A stretch of 64,000 nt of DNA, taken from NCBI GenBank assembly GCA_963924565.1, contig OZ004609.1, positions 31,806,001 through 31,870,000 on the forward strand, in the 5' to 3' direction. A model generated the notes under the pieces. The model made no database searches and was not told the origin of the DNA. It saw nothing but the letters and a program-made list of their open reading frames with translations. The DNA comes from Ascidiella aspersa. Its lineage: Eukaryota. The position numbers and the translations under genes were made by a program. Positions 1 through 13,700 of the stretch are shown in pieces. Numbering within the stretch: position 1 is the first letter of the stretch; each line of letters opens with the position of its first letter.

Positions 1-453
1 GAATATAATTTTATAGTTTATAATAAATGCAAACCTGTACATCTAGTTTGCCCTTTAAAGGGCGTTGAATTAATTTTGTAAGAATTTCTAGTTTAAAAAT
101 ATAATATTATAAAGACGGATACCATAATTATAAAATAGACCGAATCTCATGATTCCTTTACTTTGTTTGCTGTTATGAACGCTGCTATATTTCTCTTTTT
201 TAATAAAAAGGTGTCACTCTGGCACAATGTTTTTGTTTACAAATCGACCTTTTCGCAATCGAAGTGCGAAGAGAAAAATAGTTCTCTGACAAATCGTCAA
301 CCTTCATTCAGAGCTGTCGAGCGCAAAATTGGGCTCTTTGCAATTTTCAGCCATCCGTTTATGCTCTCTACACGCGCACCGAAGCGCCAGTCGCAAATTA
401 TCACTTTCCCTTTTATGATGGCACGCCAATCACGCACTTGACCTATGACATAA

Positions 454-518
454 TCACGATGGAGAGCTTTTCACGAACACATTTCCCAGACGCTGTTGGA
501 GGTGAGTTTTGAAAGAGC
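454..518 (-). CDS. Candidate terminal coding exon of the delphilin-like gene ((G)SFKTHLQQRLGNVFVKSSPS*)
   Basis: Pyrimidine tract followed by AG acceptors at 532-533 and 519-520. In phase 1 both run into a stop within about 30 codons. An ATTAAA lies near 200 on the minus strand. The segment could instead be intronic. Confidence 0.35.
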
Positions 519-1015
519 CTGTACGATATTGCTGACGAAAAACGACGTGAAAAATGACATTTAACAAAATGTCGGATTACATGTGCATGTGCCGAAACGA
601 AATCTGATTATTACTTGTAAGGCTAACTATATATGTTATTTAGGTAGAGTAAGCAGAATATATAGTTTGTACTGGTAGTACATTTTGCCAACCGGACTGT
701 CCATAGCCATAAGATTTTCCATTATTCTGAACAAGGCTTTACAATAGTTGCATTTAAAAACAATTCCATTAAATTATGTTTTGGACAATGGATAGTATGG
801 GGTATGATTTCCTAACGTTGAAAATGGTTTTAACGTTACAAAAATTAAACCGAGGCATTTGGTCGTTAGATGAGTCAACGTTGTATAGCCTAGATTTGCA
901 CTATACTAATCTGGCACGATAAAAAGCTTTATTATTAGCACACTCAGATTCCACACAACGCCACCTACCATTTTTTGCCATTTTAGCGGATATATCATTA
1001 AGTAAAATGCCAAAC

Positions 1016-1732
1016 CTTGCGTTGAATGGATCAGAGTTTCCTCAGTGGTGGTCGTAGTTGTCGTGGTCGTGAACACCTCCACGCCCTTGCGCAATGACCT
1101 TCTTCGACCTCCCCTCCGCTTCCCTTCCAGGTTTATCCTGGCGTACAGCTGCCCGTCATCCGCGTTGGCACCGCTATCGACCAGTTGCGGGGAAGTCCTT
1201 TGCTGCTGCTGGGCGACCACAACCCCGACACTTTTGCGGCGCCTGGCGTCCGAAAGTTCCCGGCGCCGTCGGCGGGCCAACTGCTGCTGCAACTCGCCAA
1301 AGGCGTCGGCGCCCGGCGTTGAGACGCCCGATGACGTAAACATTACGTCACTGGCGCTTTTCACCTGGCGATTATACGGCGTCTTGCCAATGCCGCTACT
1401 GCTGTTATATAAGGCGTCCTGCGACGAGGCTACGTCACTCGAAGTGGCGCAGTGGCTTGTGACGTCATCACTGCCGAGGGTGCGCCGTCGCCGGTGCCGC
1501 TTGGTGGCGCTAGAGTTGCTCTGAGAGGGCAAGGTTGCGGTCTGTAGCAGATAGGGTTTGGAGTGTGGTTGTGGCTTGGCCATGACCGCTGGAGGTTCGC
1601 TTAAAAGGTTGCTGGCCGCATTTTTGTTCTTGTTTGCGGATTGCGAGGAAGTTTTTATCGCCTTTGCCCTGTTGTTGTCAGATCTGCGTTTGTGTCCGGT
1701 GACGGTGTCGCTTGATGAAGAATTTCCGTAGT
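1016..1732 (-). CDS. GRID2IP: Delphilin-like exon 13 (Ser/Arg/Thr-rich low-complexity region)
   Basis: ttttgcag acceptor at 1733; in frame with ORF 906..1583; GC-rich coding-like composition ends at donor CAAG|GTTTGG; phase 1 to 1. Confidence 0.82.
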
Positions 1733-4700
1733 CTGCAAAAAGGCATTTGGTAAATTAGTTTAGTTCAAATAACTTCGTATTATTTTGGTTATTGGCAACG
1801 TCGTTTTTATAGGAAGTATTCGTTTTGGGCAGGTTTCAGTAATTGGCTAGCACTAGGTTTAAACCATAGTTACAAATGTGTACCTTGCTCTGTCTGTTAC
1901 AGCAGGACTTGAATAGCCAGTAAGTTTGCTAAACATCAAAACCCCGTATTCCGCGCTTAATTTCCGCTACCAGTTTCCGAATTAAATTAAACTGTTTACG
2001 CGAGGAAACCGGAAGACAATGGTTCCCCCCAAACCGACAAGACCCCCGGGTGTAGCGGTTTCCCAACCACATTGACACTCTCACAAGCGTAAACACATCA
2101 AAAAAGAGACCAAATCCTAAAAATCACAGTCACCTGTCGTCAGCGGCATCTGATTGAGCTCGGTTAGTTTCCGCTTGAGTGCGTCGCGCTCGTGCTCAGT
2201 CAAGCACGACAGCACGTAATGCCAGATCACGTGACGACTGGTGTCCGGTCCCTGTATGATTGGGTAGAGCTGGTAAAGGAGGCCGTCAAGCTGACGGTTG
2301 CAGTAGAACTCGGTCAGAGCGTGCTTGACTGTACGCTGCTCGTCCGGATGGAGAAGCTTTTCCATCTGACATAACAAAAGTCTTCGTAAAAATGCGTTTA
2401 CTGCATTCGATCGCAGCGAGTTTGGGCATTTAAACCTTAAATTAAAGTTGCAATCCCTGTAAAATGAAGTTTATCGAAAAATATTCTAAACCGAAATTCT
2501 ATTTTTGGTGTTAAATCCGTCAAAAAATACAAACCGAAATGATTGGCTTTTAAATAAAAAACTATTAACCTATCCTACGAATTTGAGTTTTTCTTGTATG
2601 ACGTTTAGGTTTATTCATTGTAATGAAAATTCATTCATGGTAAACACAGTTTGCTAATTATTCGTTAACTTGTCGCATATATTTATTGTGTATTTCGTCT
2701 TTAATTTGATATGGAAATCATTCGTTTCAGCTATAGACCCATATACGTTTAAGTTATGAATGAATTAATACTGTATTCTTCTAAAAAAAATATGAGTAAA
2801 GTCCCAACACATTTTCATATGATACTCAAAACTTTACCTGGTTCCGAAACGTTTTCCCCCTGAACGTGATCGTGTCCGGGATGTACTCGGATGCCCAGAT
2901 CAACTGATCGTCCTCGTACGTCTTTCTCCTCTGCAGCGAGGAGCGACACGGAACCGGTTCATCGCCAACGATCGGTTTTGTGACGTACCCGCTAGCGTTG
3001 TGGTACGCGGAAACTAAATTTTATAAAAAAATAAAATAAAAATAAGGTTACCAAAGAAATGATTGCACAAAAAAATTTGGGGCCGGTTTTGGCCGACTTT
3101 TCCCCAAAATGTACCTAACCTGAACCGTTGTTTGCAAGTTTTTGAAAGAACCTGAACCTTAGCCGAACCCGAACTTTTTCAAAAAGCGGTTCACTTGAGC
3201 ATGACGTCACAACTTGGGTTTTACATAGTCAAGTTTATGCTTTATTCGAAATTTTATGAGAATATTCAATGACCTTTTAAAGTAAAGCTTTTTTGTCTTT
3301 CTGTTACGTAACCACATAAAAAAGGTTTTAATAACTTGACAGTTTATTGTTGGGATTTTTTTGCTTACCCGGTTGGCTGAGATGCCCGGAGGTGGTTTGC
3401 AGGATAAGAGTAGGCATTGATCCGCTTCCTTGGATAAGAGCCACTGCTTTAGCGTGCGGAAGATTTCTAAATAAACAACATTGAACCTTTTTCTAGTTTA
3501 CCGGAAATAGGTATATATCAAAATGTGCACAACTGCTTAGTTGGGCGCCAATTTAAGAACACTAGGAATTAACTTCTGTCAAGCATAATTTACTGCCGTT
3601 TTGCAGAAAAACAGACCAAAATTAGGTTAAGTTTAAACAATCGGTTATCATACCGTAGGATCAGCTACCACTGTCACCTGTTCAGTTAAAAGGCAAAACC
3701 TTGTGTTTTTGAATTGTTTAAAAGCGCCATCGTCTGTCATAACACCGTGGAACCTGATCCGTCTCCGTTAGAAGGACCACCGGGAAGTTACAAATGTATT
3801 TCTAAATTTTCTGACATTTGCAAATGTTTGAGTTCTTGTAGACCGATTTTAGACCAATTGTGATATTTTTTATAAAGCTGAAAACAATACTTTTTTAAAC
3901 TCCCATGACAGCATTGCAAAATTCTGAGAAAATTTCCAAGACGCGACTAAGTTCAAGGTATGGCTTATATTACCCGCAGATCAGATAACACTGCCACCTG
4001 TAAAGTCAAAAGGCGAGTACGTGATTTTTAGCGCGGGCGAATTTCCTAAAACCTCTGATCTTGATCCTATCACGTACGAAGTTGGACCACCAAGAATTTT
4101 GCGCTAAGAAACAAACGTTCATAGAAATGGGGTCATACAATATACCGTGAAATATATTTTTTTCGCCGAATTGCCAAAGTACACATTGCAGAATTACCAA
4201 TGCCTGCTAAAGCAGTAGTTTTTTCAGAGAGGTTAAACTGCTGCAAACAGCCTCACATAGCCAAGAGTGGGCTGACGTCATCTGTTCTTGTTTGGGATCT
4301 CACTCGCAACAATTGAAGCGCGAAAAGCAGGTGGGACGCGACTAGCTCCTTACAGAGCAGAGGCAACACGTATACGTATATAGTTCGGGTTAACGGCCGA
4401 TCCATCTTACGCTGATCAAGGGACTCGTCTAACTCCCGCTGTCGGCTTTTCAGACAACAAACGCCTTAACCCCGTCGCAGGTTTTGGGCTAAACTCGAAT
4501 GAACGGCTGGGCCAAAAACCGCAGATTAGGCAGTCCTCGGCACATTTTGTTCAGCTAGGTTCAGAAATAGCGGCGTATATTATATTAGGCAGCTTAAAAG
4601 TTGGGTTTTTTATAGAAAAACTAGGTTTATTTAGAAATATCAAAACCCAGGGGTCTTTATTTCATTGTCACATATTATTGCGAAACTATTCCCGATTATT

Positions 4701-7700
4701 TATTAAAAAAATTACAAAGATTTTTCGCGCGGGCCCAGTGAATCACAATTTATTCTCTTGTTAAACGTACCATTCATTGTTTAGCTTGATTTGTAGCATT
4801 ACATGCAAGGATTTCGATAAGACTGAGTGGATATCGACTGAAGCGTTTGAAGCAACAAACACAGCAATACCAGTTCCGACAATCTCACAAAACATGTCTC
4901 ACAAAATTATAAAGAAAAAATACTGACTATGTGACCACTTGTAGGAGCGTCTTGAATGCACAATTAGTTCAGAAATGAAATGTCGTAAAAATTCTTTCAA
5001 CAGCGCTACGAAATGTCTACCAGATCGGTAGAATCGTTATTTGTTTGCAAGAAAACCCGATTAAGCCGTAAGTTTATGCTCGCCATATGTCAGTGCTTTG
5101 AGTTGCGGCTATTCGTGCTAATCGACTTGTAAACAACCGACGATGGAGGTTTGATCGGAGGGAGAATCAACCAAATCCCAAAACACATTACGCTATGTGT
5201 TGATACAAACAACATAAGCTATTCATCGAATGATCACGCCTTGTCAGCTGTGAGAAAACCAAGCCAACTAAAGACAAACATTTGCCCGTCGCAACGTTTA
5301 TTTCCAGCAAATTGTTAACTGTGAGTTGTCTGCAATAAAAACGGAGTTGTATTATATTGTTTTTTATAAGGCGCTTCTGTAAGAGATTTCCACAAGAAAA
5401 ATCTACAAAATAAGTCCTTTCAAAAAATTGTAGGCAGGTTACGAAGCGCAACAATTTAGCATTGAGTTAAAATTAAAATGCCTTCAATTTGGCGTTATGT
5501 TCCACTAACGGCCATTTGAGCTGATATTTACCAACGTACTTAACCCCAAGAGGCAAACAAGCTACGAAGCAAGGTGTTTCTTTCTGAATTGGTCGTCTAA
5601 TTTCTTAAGGTTTTACATGTGAATTCCATCGGTGGCTGCAATGGTTTTGCTCAAAACGTGACTTCAGTAAACCACCGATCACGATTTCTTGCTGATCCGG
5701 AAGGTAAAGATTAAGATTACATCTTGGACTTGCCTCTGCGGACGTCAGGATTGCAAGATGGCCAGATACGACCGAGTGATTTATCGCGTATTTTGGCGCA
5801 AATCGACTAAGACTTCCTTGACCAGCAAAATGTTATCAATTACACTGCATTTAATCCTGAGAGGAAGCTTGACAGATCGCTCACGGCTGCCGGTTGCTAA
5901 AATGATTGTTTATTTTTGTCTGAATTGGATTTGAATCGATGTGTCAATCAACTAGATAACAATTTTAGCAGTTTTATCCTTATATTTTTTTAATTAAGTT
6001 TAAGTCCTACATCGAACAAATGTTAGGCCATTGCGTTCAGCTTATGTTGTTAGGTTAAGGTTTGTAGTTCTTATCTTATCTGTTTTAAATTCGCAAACTT
6101 TCAAGCTCTTCCAAACCTTAAGATCAAATCTAGCCTGTCACCGGATGCGGCATTTAAAGTTATGGCACAATTTAGAGCCTGTAACCTTATCGTGTTCGGA
6201 CGTTTAAAAATGCGGTTCGTTAACAATCAACCGCAAGGCAACATTTGACTAACGAGGTATGTAATGTTTCTAATGAAAAACTATCAACCCGAAGTTTTGT
6301 TGTGTTAGCTGTCAAGACAAAACTTATATGTGTAACAAAGTTATCTCTATGTTACCACTGTTAACCCTTAAGTAATACTATTGCTTAGACTCACGAAATT
6401 ATAATATGTTTAAATATGACATTAACATAGAAAGGGTTATTTTCGTTCGCCTAACAAATATACATGAACGGTAAAACTTCCATTTTCTGAAGTTCGGCTA
6501 ACATAAAGAGCCAAATGTAAAGTTTAAGATAACTTACATTAAGCTTATTCCGTTGATGGCGATTATTTCATCTCCTTCACGTAAACTAGCTTGGGCTGAG
6601 GGTGAATCTGTAACAAAAACAAAAGTCAAGTTTGTTTTGAATTTGACGTAAACATTAATGAAGTGCCATAAACAATTATATAATTTATTTATCGAAAGAA
6701 ATAACTTATAAACGAAGAAAATACAAAAACATTTTTGGTTATTTAACAACGTTGGTTGACATATTATCGTTACTAGAGTTTTTACAAAGTAAAGCCAAAT
6801 ATATTACTGTAATTTACGGTATATTACTGTAAAGACGGTACCTGATAAATAGTGTTCTGTACAAACGATTGTTTTTAATATCAGTTTTGCTGATTATCTT
6901 ATACACAAATATACACAATTCCACACTTATGCAAGTTTTTCTATTGGAGTATAACGCTGTAAAATGAAGGTAAGGTTAAACAGGAACAGTAGTATTCTCA
7001 CGTGCAGTCTTACAAAATACTTTTGCGGTTTGGTTTTGTCAACATCGACTAAAACTATAGCTGTGGCTTCTTAATGTCGATACAGCTGCTTTATACCTGC
7101 ACCCAACTCCTAGCTAATTACTGTAATTATGCAGTGCACCAGCTGTTTTTTCAACTCACATGGCGTAGCGGCACGCATTTAGAATTTCGGCTTATAGCTA
7201 AAATGTATCAGAGCCTCACCCCGCTCTCTCTATAACAGAGAAAGCGCCTTTAGACGTAAAGATACAAAACGACATAGAACCTGTTATAATTATACAGCAA
7301 TATTGATTTCGTTATGCACGTATTTAATCACCAAACTTGCAAATAGCCAATCACTGGTGCTGGAAGCTATAACGACAACAATAACAAACTAAACTCATAT
7401 CCAACATGTTGCAGGAAACTTAACCTTGAAATCACTTCTCCATTTAGAATACAAATACATATCTAAAATAAAGCCATTCCAAAACCGAACCAATGCCCTT
7501 AAAGCAGTTTACACAATTGCTGCAAGCTATAGTAAGGCATCAAAAAGTCCTGTCTCACTGCTTGAACGTAACTACGAACACGCGTACAGATAAATGTTTC
7601 ACGTCGCAGAATTCCCCACCAGAGGACCGCGTCAACTCTCAAGGCCATTTTCTCGGTAGCGCCTATTAAAAGGCTGGATGGCGATTTCAAAGTATCGCGT

Positions 7701-10700
7701 ATACGGCGGCCCGTCGGGAGTTAAAAGTCTAAACCGCATTCGGACACTTAAAAAGAAACAATATTCTCCGTTGTCAGTGGTGGCCATATAGCTCGGGTCA
7801 AATTACAGGGCCAACGCTGCCAATTACAGGGCCGCAGCAAACACGAAGGGTCGCATACAAAATGCTCCATTTCGATCCTTGGTTTCTGCATTAGATTCGT
7901 TGAATTGTGAAGAATAGGGTTACGCTGTGTTTAACTAGTGATTTTGAAGATTGGGATTTATCTATCTTTGGTGAAACCTTGAGGAACCCAGAGGCTTGTA
8001 GCTCACTTCTCCACCGCTTTAATTCAATAGCCTACGTAAAAAGCACGACGAAAAGTAGAACTCGCCAGATATTAAAGGGGTATAACCTGGTTTTATTTCG
8101 GTACAAGCTCATGTCAGTTTTAATTAGCAGGTTAAGCAATAAGTGAAACCTTTTGCTTCTCGGTGCACACATATCAGTGACAGTGGGTAACTTAATTTAT
8201 GGCAATATTGCATACCTATAGCTTGTCGTGAAAGCTTAGAGCATGGTTATGTTATCTAGCCGGGTCAAATTAATCCGGACCGCGGCTTCCTTCGTCGAAT
8301 ATAATTTAAAACTTTAGTGAAAAGTTGTAATGAAATTTTATGCTGTACGACAGTTTATCAATGGTTACTATACAGTTTGTTCGCATAGTGATTTATATTT
8401 CCTTCGTATAACGTTAATTAAGTTCAACAAAATTTATTTATGGCCCGTGATCGTCAAACCCTAACCTGGTCTAGTTTCTCCCGTGTAAGAGTGGGTTTTG
8501 GACTGTGCCTGTTGACGTCTCAAAGCCCTATGCATTAAATTGCCTTGTAAAGGCCTATACAATTGTAACTTACACACGTTGTGATACGAATGAATGAAGT
8601 ATCTAAATATGTCACAATAAAGTGCCGTTTGAAGCGAGCTTTCAAAGTACGTCAGTAAGGTGAACGGGTTAAGTGGCACGTTTGATCGAATTGGGAGAAA
8701 CGAGCTGTTTTGACAGTGCCGAAATTCCACACGATTGTCAATGGCGTGCACTACGCCTTGTCACCTGAACACTCAGATTAACGCCAGCAGGTAGCTTTCA
8801 CAACAGATTGAGTGTGATAGCTCATTAATTGCAACCCGACACGCTCAATCGCAAAGTGTAGCCGATTCGCAGCAAAAAATAGAACACTTTATGGATTTCA
8901 ATTCTGAACGTTTAATGTTGGCAAATACCTTATAGCAATTCTTGGCTCAGGTCTTTTGTTTATTCCAGGTCACAAAATTTAGAATCAACTAAAAACAATT
9001 CAATTTGATAGGCCTTGTAGATTTAATTTTTCTAGCGACATTCTTGAAAATGTTCACGAAACTGCAACTGATTACCGGAACTCACATTAAGTAACTTGTA
9101 GTATAGCTGCCATTTGAAGTCAAACTGCCAACTTCGCTGAATTATCGCATGGATTTGTCCAAAATATAGCTTATGCCAGTTTTGCAGCAGAACAACACGT
9201 TGGACGTTGAAAATTCTAAATATCTAACTGTGCCATTTGGACTCGAGTCAATAACTCTGCGGTAACGATTTCATCAAACCATAACGGTAATAACTTCGTT
9301 CGATCGATAGAACTCTTGTTTAACTTGATTGCGTCTAAAAGCTTAAAAGCATTCGATATCAGGAGTAACTTTGAAAAAGAGGTATATAGACTGTTTAAAT
9401 CTTTGTAGTGGAAAATTTAACAAAACACTGAAGCTGAATCTATTGGACAACATACAGTAGTTTTCTTAGAATTAACCAACGATGTATATATCGAAATGTA
9501 AATTGTAGAAAGTTATCGGGTGTATATTTCATCTCAAAGGTTTAACGAAGCGTGCCGGGGTAATCCGGGACTAAAAACAACTTTGTTCTATTTTCGGCTC
9601 AAAACCTTCGCAAGATTTCCTGGATTCTAAAAATCGACACGAAATGCAAACAAATGGCCAACCTAGGACGTGAACCTTAACTGAGAACACGAAAACGGCC
9701 TGAAAATTAAGCCGGGCAACTCGGGGCGTTTCAATCGACAAGAGAAAGCCCATTGGGACCGCCACTGTCTGTTCAGGAAAAGGAGCGATGTGATGTCTTC
9801 GCTTGTTTCGCTCAATTTGTGCCAATCAACTCAGAGATATGCGTCTGATAACAATCTGGAAACGTTTGAAGCGCTGATTTTTGCGCAGCTCGAACTAAAC
9901 CCGCCCCTGACCGCAACTATTACTGAAATTTACATCCAGGGCTAAGAAAAATAGTGCTGACAAAACTGAAATTCTTTAGGTGGTGTGGCGTCTAACTGGC
10001 CTTATGCATTGAACATAATTACAAGGTAAACTGTTTAAATTGAAGCGCAAGCATTTTTTAATATTAGCGTTTCAATATTGCCTGACTCCCAAACAGCTGT
10101 TGTTATTGCCCTCTAATGCATCGTTATTTCTTTGCACAATCAATTCAAATCTTATCCTAAAGTAGGCATTTAGGCTTTTAATTTCAACTCAACAATGCGA
10201 ATTGATATCAGCATACATAAAAAAGCACAAGTAAAAACAAAAACTACACCAGAAAAGCTATTTCAGAATTAACTCAAACGCAGCGTTTCCATAACTCAAA
10301 CGCAGCGTTTCCTTCTTTGCACAATTTATTAAAATCTTAGCATAAAGTAAGCATTTCAGCTTTTAGTTTCTACCCAGCACCGCGAATTGGTGAAAGCATA
10401 CTTAAAAGAGTACAAACAGAAACCAAAACTACACCAGACAAATTATTTCAGAATTATAGGTGGGTCAGCAAATACTTTTGCCTTGCGTGCAGGCACCCAT
10501 AAACATCTTTACACCTCCCCTGCTTACAACTCCCAGACAATTTGTCTTGAGGCTTAACGCGTTACTCAAACGCTAAAGTTTTGTTGACAAAGATTGCAAT
10601 CCCGACCAGCACCTGCCGCCTTCTCCAATTGATTGACAGCGAGTGAAATTAACCTCGGCGAATTTGCAACCGCGCATCCATCAAACCAACTGCCCTCTCA

Positions 10701-13700
10701 CTTTGCTAATGCGCACGATTTGCAAGCTGCCCTGTCTGCATCTGGTAGCGCATTTTTAACATTTTTTTGTGACCACCCGTTGCAAGTTCTATATAACAAG
10801 AGGAAATAACTTGGGTACCGTATGTGCACGGATCAGTAATGCAGCTTGATAATGTTTACCTGATATCAAATGAAGATGATACATGTTAGTATCGAAACGT
10901 CTTTATCATTATGATGTCGATCTATGCTCGACCTTTTTGGCTTTGTAATTCAATATTAAGAGGAAAGAAACTGTAAAAAAATTCAGGCGTCTGGCGGTTT
11001 TCCACTTGCCTCGAGATAACCTGATGACAATTTCCAATTTTTTATTTTTTATCGGCCAACGCCCATCTATATAATTTTCCATCTATAAATTACCTTTTCT
11101 GATCTTTCTACGTGTAGCTAAGCGTAGATAACAAAATCGCGTCTCTGTGCAATTACAACTAACGCCCTTTAATTTATCAAATTGATGCTTAATGCTTCCT
11201 ATAAAAGTTTAATAAATATTTCCATTATTGAATCATTTTTGTTAGCGCACTACGAGGAATAAATGGAGCAAAAGTCCCCCCAAATGGGTCAAACGGGTCA
11301 TCAACCGAGCAAACCACAGTTTAGATAGGAGCGACACGCGCTCTTTGTGTGGTCTTTGGCGCATAAGGTCGACCAGGTGCCTGGGCTAATTCTGGCGGTA
11401 GCACTTTTTCGATCTGACATCGATCAACCCAAACTGCGGAGCGGTTCCATTGGGGTATTCCACTACAACAGAAATAACCACGTTACTCATGTAACCATAA
11501 TCATTATAGCACGAAAGAACGGCGTTTTGTTGATAAAAATACAAATAATTAACCAGGAAAATGTGTCTGTTTCAATAAAAGCTTGCAGTTTTAGTCACAA
11601 ATCACAAAAACAATACTAACTTCTTGTAAAGTTAAGAAGTGTGCAAAAAACATGTATTTAAAAAAATTATTTCAAGGTTAAAACCAATCACAACAAAATA
11701 AAATGCTGTTTTTCTAATAGTAGGTGTGCGAAACACTCCACTCGCTACAATGACCTTTTTTAGGGGTCATATAACTTGCACTATAAAAGCGGAACCAGCC
11801 AAATCGGAAAGTTAACTCTCAGAACAGGGTACCCTTTGCTAGAGTTCCCTTCTAAAATGCAAATTAAGCGCGAAATACACCCTTTCTCACGCAAAAAATA
11901 TGAGTAAAAAATATTCCTTGTAAAATAATGCCGTATTGCATAAATAACGTACACGAAAAAAGCACAGTTTATCTTTTTAAAGTTATTAAATTAAATACCC
12001 AACTTGCACTACTTTTTCTCTTTAAGCAAAGTAGGCAAAACCCGGGAGTTGCATTTCTGCGTTTTTACAGCAACTCCACGAAACACTGGCCTGTCTTATC
12101 AATCACATAAAATCGCGGGACTTTTTGCCTGGGGTCACACAACAAGAAAACAACGCCTTCAACACAATAAAAACTTTACACCACACCTCCGTTTCTATTC
12201 TAACTAGGTGATACATTTTCAATGGGTCTTACCACTTACAAAGTTAGCCGAAAAAGAGGAAATGCAAAAATGTCAGTCGATCGGTTTATTTGCGTGTTAA
12301 ACTAGCATAAACGGCACGTTGCCCGTTGTGACCCGAAGCTACAATCGCAGTGCAGGAGCGAAACGTAAACAAACATCAAACAAGCGAGAACAGTCGCACT
12401 ATCCGCGCCCGGGGCTCAAATATGTGGGACAAGGGTCGGTCCCGTGACATGAAATCCGACCCTAACGCCGCGATTAATATCTAACTCCGAGCACCGCGCC
12501 TTTGACAATGGCGATTTGATTTCGATATTGAATTTCTCCATAATTTGAAACAAGCAGAGGTCCAATTGAAACTCTAGATAAGACCTTTGCCCGATGAAAG
12601 TCCTGGGAGGGCCTTGATTTTAAAGTTATGGAAAGGGAGCGGATGTGCTTTTGACAATGAGATAAGAAATCTAAATCCCTACTATGGAGTTTTTGATTTT
12701 TCACACGAGAACCTGGAACGGATCTGCTATCACTTAAGCAAGCCTAAAGTTAAAATCTATAAGCATAGCTAAATTTTAACAGCTTTCTTTTGTTATATAT
12801 CAGATCTATCTTTCGATAAAAATTGCTGATATCCAATGGCCAACATTTTTCTAACACAGCAAATTTAACATTTCACAATGCAGTTGGCAGAATAAACGCC
12901 TAATTTCTGTCAATATATGTTTACTAAATCTTTCTTTCTTTAGGCTAATTTATGGAAACCAGAACTGTTGACAAACGCAAACGCTAAGTTTTAGTATTTT
13001 AGTGTAACGCCACGGCTAAAAATAAACATGTCATTTAACGGCAAGCAAATCGTTAAATCCCAACAGGCAACAAAAACATGGCCACGACGCTTCTCAAACA
13101 CAAGTATCTCAACCCAGCTTAAATACAGTTCTTCTCTGTTTCTAACGAAAACCCACTTCCCAGTTTTGCGCCAAGGAGAGGCGCGGTCTGTTGAAAGGCG
13201 CTTCCAAATTTAACCGGATTACTTTCGCGGTGTTTTAACCTTCTCTAATTACGACCGACGCCCTGGTCTTGAGAGAATAGCTCTCGCCGCTTAGTGCTCA
13301 GAGGTTGCTGTTGATGCCGCCTTGCGGTCTTCTCTATGCCAACTTGCACCCTAACTCCTGGCAATCGCTTGCAAAACATTGTTTAAAACACATTCCTTGC
13401 GAAGCAACAGCCAGACTGGGTAGGGCTTGGCGTGATATTTAGCTGCATATTTGGCAGGTTTAAAACACTTTGTTCGCTTGGAGGCAACTTGCTGCATTAC
13501 AAGGCATTGGTTTTTGCTTTCTTTGACAACAAACACAATTCTTTTTCAGCAATAGATCGGTCGGGTTAGTTTTAAATTGTCCGGTGTTTTGCTGAAGTTG
13601 TGGGGGAATACACATTTTTCTGCATTACTAATATAACCTATACCGATACGCTGTTATTAAACCAGCAGTTTCATCGAAAGTTGCGGTTTGTCGATTTGGT

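Noticed and set aside
1045-1524. Plus-strand ORFs of 159 and 81 aa
   Set aside because: Antisense shadows of the GC-rich delphilin exon 13.
11021-11040. Additional CTGATGA hammerhead box near the 10.9-kb repeat
   Set aside because: No helix II or GAAA box follows.
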